Shown here piece after piece: positions 29,178-39,431 of a DNA stretch of 64,000 nt; position 1 is the first letter of the stretch, and each line of letters begins with the position of its first letter. Below the pieces are notes generated by a model. The model saw nothing but the letters and a program-made list of their open reading frames with translations, was not told the DNA's origin and did no database searches. The stretch comes from Chloroflexota bacterium (GTDB taxonomy: Bacteria; Chloroflexota; UBA11872; VXOZ01). Made by a program: the position numbers and the translations under genes. Where the stretch lies: positions 1,920,001 through 1,984,000 of the forward strand of contig OY760183.1 of assembly GCA_963663275.1 (NCBI GenBank), written 5' to 3'.

Positions 29178-30227
29178 ATGGGTTCAAAGGTGCGGGTCGG
29201 GGTCATCGGCGCCGGCGGCATAGCGCGCGGCGCCCACCTGCCGGGATACGCGAAGATTCCCGATGAAGCGGCGGTGGTTGCCATCAGCGACGTGGACGTG
29301 CCCCGCGCGCAGGCGGTGGCGGATGAGTTTGGCGTTCCCAGCGTCTATGCCGACTTCAACGAGATGGTCGCAAAGGAAGACCTGGACCTGGTGAGCGTCT
29401 GTACGCCGCCGTTCATGCACTGCGGCGCGACGGTGGCCGCGCTCAACGCGGGGGCGAACGTCATCTGCGAGAAGCCCATGGCCATGAACGCCGCCGAGTG
29501 CGAGGAGATGATTGCCGCCGCGCGGCAGAACGACAAGATGCTGACCATCGGCTTCCAGTCGCGCTTTGGCGAACGGGCGCAGTTCCTCAAGCGCCTGATC
29601 GAGCAGGGCGAACTCGGCGAAATCTACTATGCCCGCGTGCTGGCGCTGCGGCGGCGCGGCATTCCGTGGTGGGGCGTGTTCGTGGAAAAGGACAAGAACG
29701 GCGGCGGCCCGCTGATCGACATCGGCGTGCACACGCTCGACCTGACGCTGTGGCTGATGGGACATCCCACGCCCACGGCGGTGACCGGCGCGGTCTTTAC
29801 CAAACTGGCCAAGCGTCCCGGCCTGTTTACCCGGGGCCGGGAGGCGGACCAGGAACGGTACACGGTGGAAGACTTCGCCACGGCGCAAATCCGCTTCGAC
29901 ACCGGCGCGGTCATCAACCTGGAAACCAGTTGGGCGCTGAACATCGAGAATGAAGTGAACGCCTATCTCTGCGGCACCGAGGGCGGCGCGACGTTACGCC
30001 CGCTCAAAATCCACAAGGAAGTGCCCCATGCCGGATTGCTCGATTACACCCCCGCGCATGAAGAAGGCCGGGAACATAATCACGAAGGCCAGTTCGCCCA
30101 GGTGGTGAAGAATGTGAAGGAGGGCACGCCGCCGCTGGTAAAAGCGGAAGAGGCGCTGACGGTGCAACGCATCGTGGACGCGATCTACGAGTCGGGCGAG
30201 ACCGGGCAGATGGTGAACTTGGCGTAG
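29178..30227 (+). CDS. Gfo/Idh/MocA family oxidoreductase
   Basis: GAGGIA, CEKPMA, LRRRGIP, GGPLIDIGVH. Confidence 0.93.
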   Translation: MGSKVRVGVIGAGGIARGAHLPGYAKIPDEAAVVAISDVDVPRAQAVADEFGVPSVYADFNEMVAKEDLDLVSVCTPPFMHCGATVAALNAGANVICEKPMAMNAAECEEMIAAARQNDKMLTIGFQSRFGERAQFLKRLIEQGELGEIYYARVLALRRRGIPWWGVFVEKDKNGGGPLIDIGVHTLDLTLWLMGHPTPTAVTGAVFTKLAKRPGLFTRGREADQERYTVEDFATAQIRFDTGAVINLETSWALNIENEVNAYLCGTEGGATLRPLKIHKEVPHAGLLDYTPAHEEGREHNHEGQFAQVVKNVKEGTPPLVKAEEALTVQRIVDAIYESGETGQMVNLA

Positions 30228-30254
30228 CGCCGCTGTGCGGGCGGGGCGGAAATT

Positions 30255-30289
30255 CCCCCTCACCCTAACCCTCTCCCCAGGGAGAGGGG
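30255..30289. repeat. REP-like unit ccccctcaccctaaccctctccccagggagaggg
   Basis: Same family at 8394-8430, 8702-8737, 41651-41841. Confidence 0.85.
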
Positions 30290-30370
30290 ATGCAAATGCC
30301 TGCGCCAGGACCGTTCGGTAGCGCGAATTCAGAGGTAATCAATGCGTAGCGCGAAGAGGAAAATAACCGC

Positions 30371-31222
30371 ATGGCGCGTTTGAAAGTGGTCGTGACCGGC
30401 GCCGCGGGCTACGTGGCTTCCCAACTGCTGCCCGCCTTTCGCGAACGGTACGACGTGGTACTGCTCGATACGCGAGACAAGACCCGCGACGGCGCGTTGG
30501 TCGAGGGCGTCACCCTCACCGACCTCCGCGATCCGGACCGCGAGACCTATCGCCGCTTCTTCACGGGGGCGGACGCCGTCGTGCACCTCGCATTCAACTA
30601 CAAGCAGGGGCATTCGATGAACGATGGCGACTACTACTCGGAGCGGTCCAATCTCGACCTGGCTTACCACGTCTACCAGACCGCTCGGGAGGAAGGCGCG
30701 GGGCGGGTGGTGGTCGCCAGTTCGAACCACGCCGCCGACTGGTACGAACACCTGCTGCGGCAGCGCAAACTGGAGATGCTGGACGAAACCGCGCCGCCCC
30801 TATCGGACAATTACTACGGCTGGGCGAAAGCCTGCTACGAGCACCTGGGATTTCTCTTTGCCACCGGCGCGATGGGCCGCCCACTGGAGATCGTGCAGGT
30901 GCGCATCGGCGCGCCGCGTTCGATACCGGCGGCCAACGCGGCGGATAACCTGACAGGCTACAAGCGCAACCTAGGCGCGTACGTCAGCCCCCGCGACCTG
31001 CAGCAACTCTTCGTGAAGTCAATCGAGACGCCGGACATTCGCAATGAGCACGGCGTCCCGTTCCAGATCTTCTACGGCGTCTCCAACAACGCGCGCGCGT
31101 TCTGGAGCATTGCCAACGCGCGCAAGGTCATCGGCTACGCGCCGCAAGACGATTCGGAAGTCGCCTTTGCCGACGACATCCGGCGGGTGCTGGTCGCACA
31201 AGAGAGCGGCGGCAGGCTCTAG
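30371..31222 (+). CDS. NAD-dependent epimerase/dehydrogenase, uronate dehydrogenase-like
   Basis: TGAAGYV, ASSNHA, YGWAK, VRIG, YGVSNN, GYAPQD. Confidence 0.75.
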   Translation: MARLKVVVTGAAGYVASQLLPAFRERYDVVLLDTRDKTRDGALVEGVTLTDLRDPDRETYRRFFTGADAVVHLAFNYKQGHSMNDGDYYSERSNLDLAYHVYQTAREEGAGRVVVASSNHAADWYEHLLRQRKLEMLDETAPPLSDNYYGWAKACYEHLGFLFATGAMGRPLEIVQVRIGAPRSIPAANAADNLTGYKRNLGAYVSPRDLQQLFVKSIETPDIRNEHGVPFQIFYGVSNNARAFWSIANARKVIGYAPQDDSEVAFADDIRRVLVAQESGGRL

Positions 31223-31283
31223 GAAAACCAATCAGACCCAGATGGGTAACAAACGCTATGAAAAGCTGTGCGCGTCGAGCAAA

Positions 31284-31313
31284 TTGACTCAGGGCAAAGG
31301 AGAGGGATAGAAT
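31284..31313 (+). promoter_or_regulatory. sigma70 promoter of tRNA-Asp
   Basis: TTGACT-N18-TAGAAT. Confidence 0.7.
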
Positions 31314-31322
31314 TAAGAAGGT

Positions 31323-31397
31323 ACCCCGGTAGCTCAATGCAGGTAGAGCGCTGGACTGTCGATCCAGTGGTTGCGGGTTCGAGGCCCGCCCGGGGTG
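31323..31397 (+). tRNA. tRNA-Asp (GTC), CCA not encoded
   Basis: Acceptor accccgg/ccggggt, D arm gctc/gagc, anticodon arm ctgga-ctgtcga-tccag, T arm gcggg-ttcgagg-cccgc, G73. Confidence 0.88.
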
Positions 31398-31749
31398 CCC
31401 TTCTTATGCGCTAATTATCACATTTGCCGAGAATGGTGTCAAGGAGATTTAGGCACTTCTTGGTAAATCCCATCTCTGCCTAATTCTGTTGCTCGTTAGG
31501 GAAGTTGCCACAGTAGAGTTAGCGTGGCTTGATTTCTTGTATCCCTGTGCAATTAGCCCACTAGCGTTGGGATTGCTACTCGCTGCGTGTTGCGCTGTGG
31601 CCTATAACAAGATTTCAAGCTAGTGCTCCTACGGGTCTGCACTGCCGCAACCAAGCTGTCTTTCGCGGCAAAAGCCGTCAACACAATTTATCGACACGTT
31701 CACGCCTACTCATAGACAATTCCTTCGAATATAGCTAGAGGGAACGAAA

Positions 31750-31788
31750 CTGCCGGCCGCTGTCACTGAAGACACGCAGCCGGCAATT
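31750..31788 (-). terminator. probable terminator after kdgD-like gene
   Basis: tgccggc...gccggca hairpin; upstream cgaaac reads as gtttcg on the minus strand. Confidence 0.45.
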
Positions 31789-31814
31789 CTCGATTACTGT
31801 TTTCAGAACCTATT

Positions 31815-32732
31815 CTACGCGCCGACCAACTCCCGCAGGCCGATCTTCGCCACTGCCGCGTGGACGGCGGCTTTGTCGTCGGGGGACAGTTCGGCCAGGG
31901 GCGGGCGCACCGGGCCGCCGGCCAGGCCGATAGCCATCATCACCTCTTTCATCACGGTGACCTCGTAGCCGCGCACCTTGTAGCGGATGTCGTAGATCGG
32001 CAGGGTTTCGCGCTCGATCTTCGCCTGGAGTTCGCTGAAGCGTCCCGCGCGGGCCAGTTCCAGCGCCTCGATGGCCGACTTGGGATTGTAGTTGGCGTTG
32101 CTGGAGGTATAGCCTTCCGCGCCGGCCGCAAAGTAGGCGTGCACCATGTCGTCGCCGACGCCCGCCAGCCAGAGCAGCTTATCGCCCACGTAGGAGCGGA
32201 TGCGCTGGAACATGCGCACGTCGCCCTGGCCGTCCTTGAACGCCACGATGTTGGGAATATCCGCGATGCGGTCGACCAGTTCCGGGCCGAGCTTGGCGTG
32301 ATCGCGGGCGTAGGGGAAGACGCCGAGATTGGTGGCGTCGGCAATCGCCTTGTAGTATTCGTAGAAGCCGTCGTCACTCGCCTGGCCGTAGTAGGGCGGC
32401 ATGATCAGCAGGCCGTCCACACCGGCGCGCTCGGCGAATTGCGCCATCTCCGCGCCGACCGCCGGATTGACGCCCACGCCCGCCAGCATCAGGCAGCGGC
32501 CGTCAGCCGCCTCCACGGTGGCTGCCACCACGTCCTGCCACTCGGTGAACGTCAGCGAGAAGAATTCTCCCGTGCCGCCGGCCGCCAGCACCGCGGGCGA
32601 ACCCTCACGCGCCAGAAAGTCGACGTTGCGGCGCAGGCCGTCCAGGTCGAGGGAATAGTCGTCATGGAACGGGGTTACGGGAAAGGGGATAACGGTGCGC
32701 AGGCGTTCGCGCAGTTCCGCCGGACTCATCAC
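31815..32732 (-). CDS. kdgD: 5-dehydro-4-deoxyglucarate dehydratase (DapA family)
   Basis: FPVTPF, AAGGTGEFFSL, PPYY, YAR, FKDGQGD, GPVRPPL. Confidence 0.8.
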   Translation of the reverse strand: MMSPAELRERLRTVIPFPVTPFHDDYSLDLDGLRRNVDFLAREGSPAVLAAGGTGEFFSLTFTEWQDVVAATVEAADGRCLMLAGVGVNPAVGAEMAQFAERAGVDGLLIMPPYYGQASDDGFYEYYKAIADATNLGVFPYARDHAKLGPELVDRIADIPNIVAFKDGQGDVRMFQRIRSYVGDKLLWLAGVGDDMVHAYFAAGAEGYTSSNANYNPKSAIEALELARAGRFSELQAKIERETLPIYDIRYKVRGYEVTVMKEVMMAIGLAGGPVRPPLAELSPDDKAAVHAAVAKIGLRELVGA

Positions 32733-32973
32733 TGGCTAAAGCTCCTTCTCTAACTCTGTGAGCGATTCGCTGCCATTGCCGTTGAATGGACACCAAAGCC
32801 TATCGTACCAATGCGTACGCGCGATTTCCACCTGAGCGCGACCGCTACCGTTTGGGAGAGTGGGGCAAGTAGCGCGGATAATGGGGCAATTCTCAGGCAG
32901 CCCTAATACTTAGCGCCTATAATGGACGGGGATTTATGATACTACGCAACCCGCACATGGGAGGGGGCCAAGC

Positions 32974-33696
32974 ATGAGGCGACTATTCGCGCTCGTATTC
33001 GTATTCGCACTAATTCTCGGTATGGTGGCTTGCGGCGGTGACGAGCCGGAGGTAGAACCGACCGCGGCGCCGGCGGCCACGGCAGCGCCCGCGGCGACGG
33101 CAGAGCCAGCGGCAACCCAAGCGCCGGAGCAAACCGATAGCGACGCGGCGGCCAGGACGGTCTTCACCATCGATCCGGCGCGCTCTACCGCCCGCTATCT
33201 CATCCGCGAGCGTCTTGCCAACGTGGCCTCTCCCGTTGACGCCATCGGCGAGACGATGGACGTTTCCGGCACGATCGTGCTGGACGGGGACGGTAACGTG
33301 GTGAGCGACGAATCGCAGATCGTGGTGGGCTTGGCCAGTCTCAAGAGCGATTCCGACCGGCGCGACGGCTACGTCAGCCGGCGCACGCTGGAAACGGGCC
33401 AGTATCCCAACGCTACGTTCGCGGTGAAGGCGATTCAGGGGCTGCCTTGGCCGCTGCCGACGTCCGGCGAAGTGACCGTGCAAATGGTGGGCGACCTGAC
33501 GGTGAAAGACCAGACCCGCGAGGTAACGTGGGAGACGGTCATCCAGGCCGGCGCCAGCGAGTCAACCGGCGCGGCCAAGACCCAAATCACCTTCGATCAG
33601 TTCGCTTTGGAAAAACCGAGCGTAGCCATCGTCCTCAGCGTGGTCGATGAGATTCGCCTGGAGCTTGACTTTACCGTCGTGCGGCAGGGTGAATAG
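32974..33696 (+). CDS. YceI family lipoprotein
   Basis: Lipobox MVAC, Ala/Pro linker, LKSDSDRRD, LETGQYP, GDLTVKD. Confidence 0.88.
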   Translation: MRRLFALVFVFALILGMVACGGDEPEVEPTAAPAATAAPAATAEPAATQAPEQTDSDAAARTVFTIDPARSTARYLIRERLANVASPVDAIGETMDVSGTIVLDGDGNVVSDESQIVVGLASLKSDSDRRDGYVSRRTLETGQYPNATFAVKAIQGLPWPLPTSGEVTVQMVGDLTVKDQTREVTWETVIQAGASESTGAAKTQITFDQFALEKPSVAIVLSVVDEIRLELDFTVVRQGE

Positions 33697-33745
33697 ACGC
33701 AGGTGTAGCTATGCGCCCTGTGTAGAAACAAGGCGAACGTAAGAA

Positions 33746-33792
33746 GCCCGACCCGTTCGCACTGAGCTTGTCGAAGTGCGAACGGGTCGGGC
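33746..33792. terminator. long hairpin (REP core) between convergent genes
   Basis: gcccgacccgttcgcact/agtgcgaacgggtcgggc perfect 18-bp stem. Confidence 0.7.
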
Positions 33793-33814
33793 GTACCCGC
33801 TTAGTTGAGCCTAC

Positions 33815-34711
33815 CTAGAGTCCCAGCACGCGCTCGGCGTTGCCTTGCGTAATCGCGTGGTACTTCTCGTCCGAATCGCAGTACTCCTTCAGCAACGGCA
33901 GTGTCTGGGACGCGAAGCAGGGGCGTTGTCCCATGCCTTCCCAGTTGCCCTTGCCGTCCAGGCAGTGGCAGTCGGTGGCCCAGAGCAACTGCCGCCAGTG
34001 GCGGTTCACGAACTCCGCGCCGAACTCCGGATCGCGGGAAATCGCGTTCAGGCCGGAACCGGCGGAAAGGTCGCCGTAGAGATTCGGGTACTTGGACAGC
34101 CATTGGTCGCTCAGGCCGCCGCGCACCACCGGGCCCGGCGGGTAGCTGGTGTAGCCCTCGGCCCGCCAGTCGCGGGGCACTTCGGCGCTCACGTTCGCCC
34201 ACCAGGCCTGCGCGTGCGCCACGAACATCGTGTCGGGAAACGCCTCCAGCACCTGGTCGAACTGTTCGAAGTTGTAGTTGTAGTTGCGGTACTCGAAGTG
34301 GAGCAGCACCACCCAGCCCAGCTTGCCGCAGAGTTCGTAGATATCCATGCTGTCCGGATGGTCCACCGGCAGCCGCACCTTATGCTCGCCGAAGCCCATG
34401 CAGCCGGCCTCGTGGTAGCGGCGGATTTCATTCAAGACGTCAGGGTGCAACGGGTCAACGTGGCAGAACGGGATCACCACGTCGGGAAAACGGTCGTAGG
34501 CTTGCAGCGCCAGGTCGGTGCGCATGGCCGACTGGCGCTTGCCCCAGTTCTCCTTGGCCATGGCCGTGCTGTTGCCCTCATCGATCGGCAGCACCACCGC
34601 CTTGCCGCCGCCGTGGGCCTCGATGTGCGCCACGATGTGCTCGCCAATGCGCGGGTTGCCGGCGTCGTGCTCCGTGGGCACCATCACGTGCTGATGAAAG
34701 TCAATCGGCAT
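33815..34711 (-). CDS. amidohydrolase family protein
   Basis: IDFHQH, GFGEHK, LHFE, AHAQ, DLSAGSG, WATD. Confidence 0.85.
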   Translation of the reverse strand: MPIDFHQHVMVPTEHDAGNPRIGEHIVAHIEAHGGGKAVVLPIDEGNSTAMAKENWGKRQSAMRTDLALQAYDRFPDVVIPFCHVDPLHPDVLNEIRRYHEAGCMGFGEHKVRLPVDHPDSMDIYELCGKLGWVVLLHFEYRNYNYNFEQFDQVLEAFPDTMFVAHAQAWWANVSAEVPRDWRAEGYTSYPPGPVVRGGLSDQWLSKYPNLYGDLSAGSGLNAISRDPEFGAEFVNRHWRQLLWATDCHCLDGKGNWEGMGQRPCFASQTLPLLKEYCDSDEKYHAITQGNAERVLGL

Positions 34712-34816
34712 GGTCTGCTCGCCTTTCTACATCCAGGCAACGCCTGTGTTTCCTGCTCTATCCCTTCGGCGCGGTATCGTGTCCGCGTCCGGCCGGCAAA
34801 CCGGATGCGCGGCGGC

Positions 34817-35806
34817 TCATGGGGCAATCTTCTGCGGCCGTCCGGTTTCAATCGCTGTGAAGAAGGCGTGGGCCAGCACCGTGGCGCGGCGTCCGGCGTA
34901 CTGGTCGGCGCCTATGGCCCAGGGTGCGCCGGTGTTCAGGCCGTGGACGAACTCGGCGAGTTCCTGCCGGAGTCCTTCCGGGTCGTCGTCGTCCGGGGCG
35001 CGGCGTTCGCCGGGGTCGGTGACGTTCGCGCCGGAGACCGTCGCCCGGTGGAGGCGGTCGTAAAGTTGCACGCTCGTGCCGTTGTCGAAGACTTCGAAGA
35101 AGAACTTGGAAACGGCGTGGCTGTCCGCCGCGTCGCCCTGGACGATGCTCGCCGCCGCGCCGTTGCCAAAGCGAATGACGCCGGCCATGTTGTCGGGGTA
35201 GGTCTTGTTCTCGTGGGTGTAGTTGCCGCCGGCGGCGAAGACCTCCACCGGCTCCGACCCGGCCAGGTAGCACACGAGATCGAACGTATGGCAGCCCTGG
35301 GAGAGGATATTGCCGCCGCCCTTGACCGGATCCACCGCCCAGCTTGTATCGCCCCAGCGGTTGCACATCATCTGTCCCACCAGCAGGAACGGTTCCGGCA
35401 CCAGCCGCCTGGTCTCTTGGATGAGCGGCGCGAAACGCAACTTGAAGCCCGTCATCAGGCGAACGCCGGCCGCTTCCACGGCCTCCACCAGCGCGTCGCA
35501 CTGGGGCACGGTCATGGACATGGGTTTTTCCATGAGGATGTGCTTGCCCGCTGCCGCCGCCGCCACGCCCAGGGTTACGTGGGTGTCATGGTGGGTGGAG
35601 ATGAGCACGGCGTCGATGGCGTCGTCGTTCAGCACTTTGTTGGCGTCCGCCGTGGCGTACGCGCCGCCAAACTCATCGAGAAACCCTGTGGCGGCGTCCG
35701 GGAAGACGTCGGCGTAGCCGTGCAGGCGGACGCCGTCCATGTCCACCGCGTTGTTCATGTGGCTGCGGGCCATGTTGCCGCAGCCAATCACACCCAGCGT
35801 AATCAT
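34817..35806 (-). CDS. Gfo/Idh/MocA family oxidoreductase
   Basis: GCGNMA, THHDTH, EKP, GFKLRF, GGGNILSQGCH. Confidence 0.92.
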   Translation of the reverse strand: MITLGVIGCGNMARSHMNNAVDMDGVRLHGYADVFPDAATGFLDEFGGAYATADANKVLNDDAIDAVLISTHHDTHVTLGVAAAAAGKHILMEKPMSMTVPQCDALVEAVEAAGVRLMTGFKLRFAPLIQETRRLVPEPFLLVGQMMCNRWGDTSWAVDPVKGGGNILSQGCHTFDLVCYLAGSEPVEVFAAGGNYTHENKTYPDNMAGVIRFGNGAAASIVQGDAADSHAVSKFFFEVFDNGTSVQLYDRLHRATVSGANVTDPGERRAPDDDDPEGLRQELAEFVHGLNTGAPWAIGADQYAGRRATVLAHAFFTAIETGRPQKIAP

Positions 35807-36045
35807 CGCGTCTCTCCCCTGCTCAGGGCTTCGTACCGCCGCGCGGCCCGGGCGCGCTGGTCCGCAAATCAGCCAAGCAGGCGCACGCAGTTCGCGCTTA
35901 GTGTGAGCATATCATAGCCGGATGGTTGCCGTGATGCATAACGACGCGGGTCGGCGTCGGGTGCGCCAGTGATTGCGCACAGCGGTCTCCCAGGTAGAGC
36001 ATCGGTGGACATGGGGAGAATTACCCTCTTGACACGGCGCAATCA

Positions 36046-36065
36046 ACCACAATATGTGGTATGAT
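36046..36065 (+). promoter_or_regulatory. NrdR-box-like palindrome abutting an extended -10
   Basis: ACCACA-ATA-TGTGGT, then TGGTATGAT; TTGACA at 36029. Confidence 0.5.
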
Positions 36066-36138
36066 GGATGTAGTATCGTTCCGGGATTGCTGCCGCGAAT
36101 GCGGTAATGGTCACCTGGGGAGAGGAAACGTCTAACAC

Positions 36139-38013
36139 ATGCCCTTGCCGGTTGAGGACGTAAAGACGCGCGTCTCCGTGGTGGACGTCGTAAACGCGGC
36201 GGTGCGGCTGCAACAGAGCGGCCGCTACCTCAAGGGCTTGTGCCCGTTTCACGAGGAGAAGACGCCCTCGTTCTTCGTCTTCCCGGAGCGCGGCACGTGG
36301 CGCTGCTTTGGCTGCGGGCGGGGCGGCGACGTGATTTCGTTCGTGATGGAGCGGGAGCAGGCTACGTTCGTGCAGGCCGTGGAGTCGCTGGCCCGCGAGG
36401 CGGGCATCGTGGTCTCGCCGCAAGAAGAGCGCAAGCAGAGCCGCTACCGGTTGCTCGCCCAGATCAGTCAAGAGGCGGCGCAATTCTACCACCGCCTGCT
36501 CCTGGAGTTGCCCGAAGCGGCGCGGGCGCGGTCGTACCTGGCGGAACGCGGCATCGATCAGGAGAGCATCGAACGCTTCACGCTGGGCTACGCGCCCAGC
36601 CGCTACGGCACCGTCCGCGCACATCTGGTGCAATTGGGTTTCGCGCCGGAAGACTTGCTGGCGGCCGGCCTGCTCACCCAGGACGACCAGAGCGACCGCG
36701 GGCCGTACGAACGGTTTCGCGGGCGGATCATGTTTCCCATTCGAGACTCGCGCGGCCGGTTTCGCGGCTTTGGCGCGCGCACGCTGAGCGCCGAGATCCA
36801 GCCGAAATACCTCAATACGCCCCAGACGCCGCTCTTCGACAAGAGCGGGCTGCTCTACGGCCTGGACCTTGCCCACCAGTCCATCCGCGAGCGCAAGCAG
36901 TGCGTCATCGTGGAGGGCTACACGGACGTCATCATGGCGCACCAGCACGGCGAGAGCAACGTGGTCGCGAGCATGGGCACCGCGCTGACCGAGAAGCACG
37001 TCAAGGCCGTGAAGAGCCTGACCACGAATCTCATCCTGGCGCTGGATCCCGACGCGGCCGGCAGCGCCGCCACCCTGCGGGGTGTGGAGGTGGCGCGCCG
37101 CGCGTTCGACCGGGTGGACACGCAGATTTCCGTAGGCGACATCATGCGGTTGGAGAGTACTCTGGATGCGGACATTCGCATCGCCGTGCTGCCGGACGGC
37201 AAGGACCCGGACGAGGTGCTGCGCGAGGGTGGCGGCGCGTGGCAGAACTGCATCAGCAACGCGGCGCCCTTCGTGGACTATGCGTTTCGGATGATCGCGC
37301 GGCAGCACGACCTTAGCAGCGCCCAGGGCAAGCGCCGGGCCGTGGAAGCGTTGGCCCCGCTCATCACGGACGTGGGCGACCCCGTGGCGCGGCAGGACTA
37401 CCTCACGCGCCTGGCGCAGGTGCTCGACCTGGGCGTGCAGAGCGAAGTGCTGGCCAATCTGATGCACGCGCGGCGGGCAGGCGGGCGGCCGGCGGCGTCG
37501 AAGCGCCGGAACGGCGAGGAGCAGCCGTCAACGAACGGGCAAGAGCAGGCGGCTGACGGGCTGGAACAGTATTTGCTGGGGTTGCTTAGCGTGTATCCCC
37601 AGGCGCACGGGCTCGCAACGGAAATCATCGACGCGCAGGACTTTCGTCAGTTGCTCCACCGGCAAGCGTATGAGCATTTGCTGGAGGCGCAAGAGAATCA
37701 GTCCAGCTCGCTGGACTTGCCGGATAGAAAGAATGTGCTCGACCTGCTCGGCCGGTTGCGGGAAGAGCGCGGCGCGGAGCCGTCTATCGACGAAGAGTAT
37801 CTGCGTCCCGCGGTAGTGGCCGCGGCCTTGCGGCTCAAGCGCCGCAACGTGCAGGAGGAGTACGAAGACCTGCAACTGCTCCTGGCAAGCGAGCGCGCCG
37901 ACGAGAACAAGGGGCTTAGCACACAGATCCGGGAGGAAATCCGCAGGAACGGCGAGCAGTTGCGCCATATCAACCGGGCGCTCGAGCAGACGAGTTTCAT
38001 CCGGGCGTCGTAA
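36139..38013 (+). CDS. dnaG: DNA primase
   Basis: CPFH...CFGC zinc finger, RIMFPI, KYLNTP, EGYTD, DPD. Confidence 0.97.
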   Translation: MPLPVEDVKTRVSVVDVVNAAVRLQQSGRYLKGLCPFHEEKTPSFFVFPERGTWRCFGCGRGGDVISFVMEREQATFVQAVESLAREAGIVVSPQEERKQSRYRLLAQISQEAAQFYHRLLLELPEAARARSYLAERGIDQESIERFTLGYAPSRYGTVRAHLVQLGFAPEDLLAAGLLTQDDQSDRGPYERFRGRIMFPIRDSRGRFRGFGARTLSAEIQPKYLNTPQTPLFDKSGLLYGLDLAHQSIRERKQCVIVEGYTDVIMAHQHGESNVVASMGTALTEKHVKAVKSLTTNLILALDPDAAGSAATLRGVEVARRAFDRVDTQISVGDIMRLESTLDADIRIAVLPDGKDPDEVLREGGGAWQNCISNAAPFVDYAFRMIARQHDLSSAQGKRRAVEALAPLITDVGDPVARQDYLTRLAQVLDLGVQSEVLANLMHARRAGGRPAASKRRNGEEQPSTNGQEQAADGLEQYLLGLLSVYPQAHGLATEIIDAQDFRQLLHRQAYEHLLEAQENQSSSLDLPDRKNVLDLLGRLREERGAEPSIDEEYLRPAVVAAALRLKRRNVQEEYEDLQLLLASERADENKGLSTQIREEIRRNGEQLRHINRALEQTSFIRAS

Positions 38014-38093
38014 TCGTCACTATTGGCAAGAGACATTTCCAAGACGAAGGTAGCAGGCACAGTTCGCACGGGGAGACCTGTGAAGGAGGAGCA

Positions 38094-39392
38094 ATGGCAG
38101 CGCAATCGACCGGAACCGCGGTAAAGAAGAAGACAGGAAAAGAAGCGCCGCCCGCGCAGGGAGCGGCGGCCGCAGAAGCCGAAACGATCGAACTTGAGAT
38201 TACCGAGGAAGACATCCGCAAACTGGTGAACCGCGGCAAGCGGCGCGGCCACCTGACCCAGGAAGAACTGCTGGAGGCGTTCCCGGACATCGAGGCGGAT
38301 AGCGAAGAAGCCGAGGAACTCTTTTCGGTCTTTTCCGATCTCGGCCTTCAGGTGATTCCGGCCAGGGAAGTGGAAGAAGACCCTGAAGAGGAAGAGCCGG
38401 CTGCGCCCAGCGTGCCGGAGATGGTGGCGCTGGAGCGGGCGGCGCTCAAGGCGGCAAAAGGCGGAGAAGAGGATACGGGAACGCTGGACGACCCGGTGCG
38501 CACCTATTTGCGCGAGATTGGGCGCGTGCCGCTGCTCACCGCCGCGCAAGAGGTCATGCTGGCCAAGCAGATGGAGAACAGGCTGTTCGCCGAGGAAAAG
38601 CTCCAGAACCGCGAGGGCATGAGCCTGGACGAAATCCGGCGGCTGGAGCGCACCGTGAAAATCGGCGTGGAGGCGCGCAAGCGGCTGACGGAAGCGAACC
38701 TGCGCCTGGTGGTGAGCATGGCGAAGAAGTACGTGGGGCGCGGCATGTCGCTGCTGGACCTCATCCAGGAAGGCAACATCGGCCTCATCCGGGCGGTGGA
38801 GAAGTTCGACTTCCGCAAGGGCTTCAAGTTCAGCACCTACGCCACCTGGTGGATTCGCCAGGCCATCACGCGCTCGATTGCCGACCAGGCGCGCACGATC
38901 CGCATCCCCGTGCACATGGTGGAGACGATCAACAAGCTGGTGCGCATCTCCCGGCGTCTCGTGCAGGAGAAGGGCCGCGAGCCGACGTCCGAGGAGATCG
39001 GCGGCGAGATGGGCATTCCGGAGTTCAAGGTGCGGGAGATCATCAAGGTCTCGCAGGAACCGGTGAGCCTGGAGACGCCCATCGGTGAAGAAGAAGATAG
39101 CCACCTGGGCGAGTTCATCCCCGACGAGGCGACCATGTCCCCGGCGGACGCGGCCTCTTACCAGATGCTGCGCGAACAGGTGGAAGCGGTGCTCAACTCC
39201 CTCTCCGAGCGGGAGCGCAAGGTGCTGCGGCTGCGCTTCGGCCTGGAAGACGGCCGCACCCGCACGCTGGAAGAGGTGGGGCGCGAGTTCAACGTCACCC
39301 GCGAGCGCATCCGCCAGATCGAGGCGAAAGCCCTGCGCAAACTGCGCCACCCGGCGCGCAGCCAGAAGCTGAAGGACTACCTGGATCTGTAG
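38094..39392 (+). CDS. rpoD: primary sigma factor
   Basis: Region 1.1, [39 protein letters not shown]. Confidence 0.97.
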   Translation: MAAQSTGTAVKKKTGKEAPPAQGAAAAEAETIELEITEEDIRKLVNRGKRRGHLTQEELLEAFPDIEADSEEAEELFSVFSDLGLQVIPAREVEEDPEEEEPAAPSVPEMVALERAALKAAKGGEEDTGTLDDPVRTYLREIGRVPLLTAAQEVMLAKQMENRLFAEEKLQNREGMSLDEIRRLERTVKIGVEARKRLTEANLRLVVSMAKKYVGRGMSLLDLIQEGNIGLIRAVEKFDFRKGFKFSTYATWWIRQAITRSIADQARTIRIPVHMVETINKLVRISRRLVQEKGREPTSEEIGGEMGIPEFKVREIIKVSQEPVSLETPIGEEEDSHLGEFIPDEATMSPADAASYQMLREQVEAVLNSLSERERKVLRLRFGLEDGRTRTLEEVGREFNVTRERIRQIEAKALRKLRHPARSQKLKDYLDL

Positions 39393-39431
39393 AAGACTAG
39401 CCGCCGCGCCGCCGGAGTGTTGTCAGGAATC

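Noticed and set aside
33845-35917. Long antisense or alternative-frame ORFs (e.g. 2316-4232, 12953-14518, 21300-23417, 33845-35917, 37698-39350)
   Set aside because: Shadows of recognised genes in GC-rich DNA with no motifs of their own
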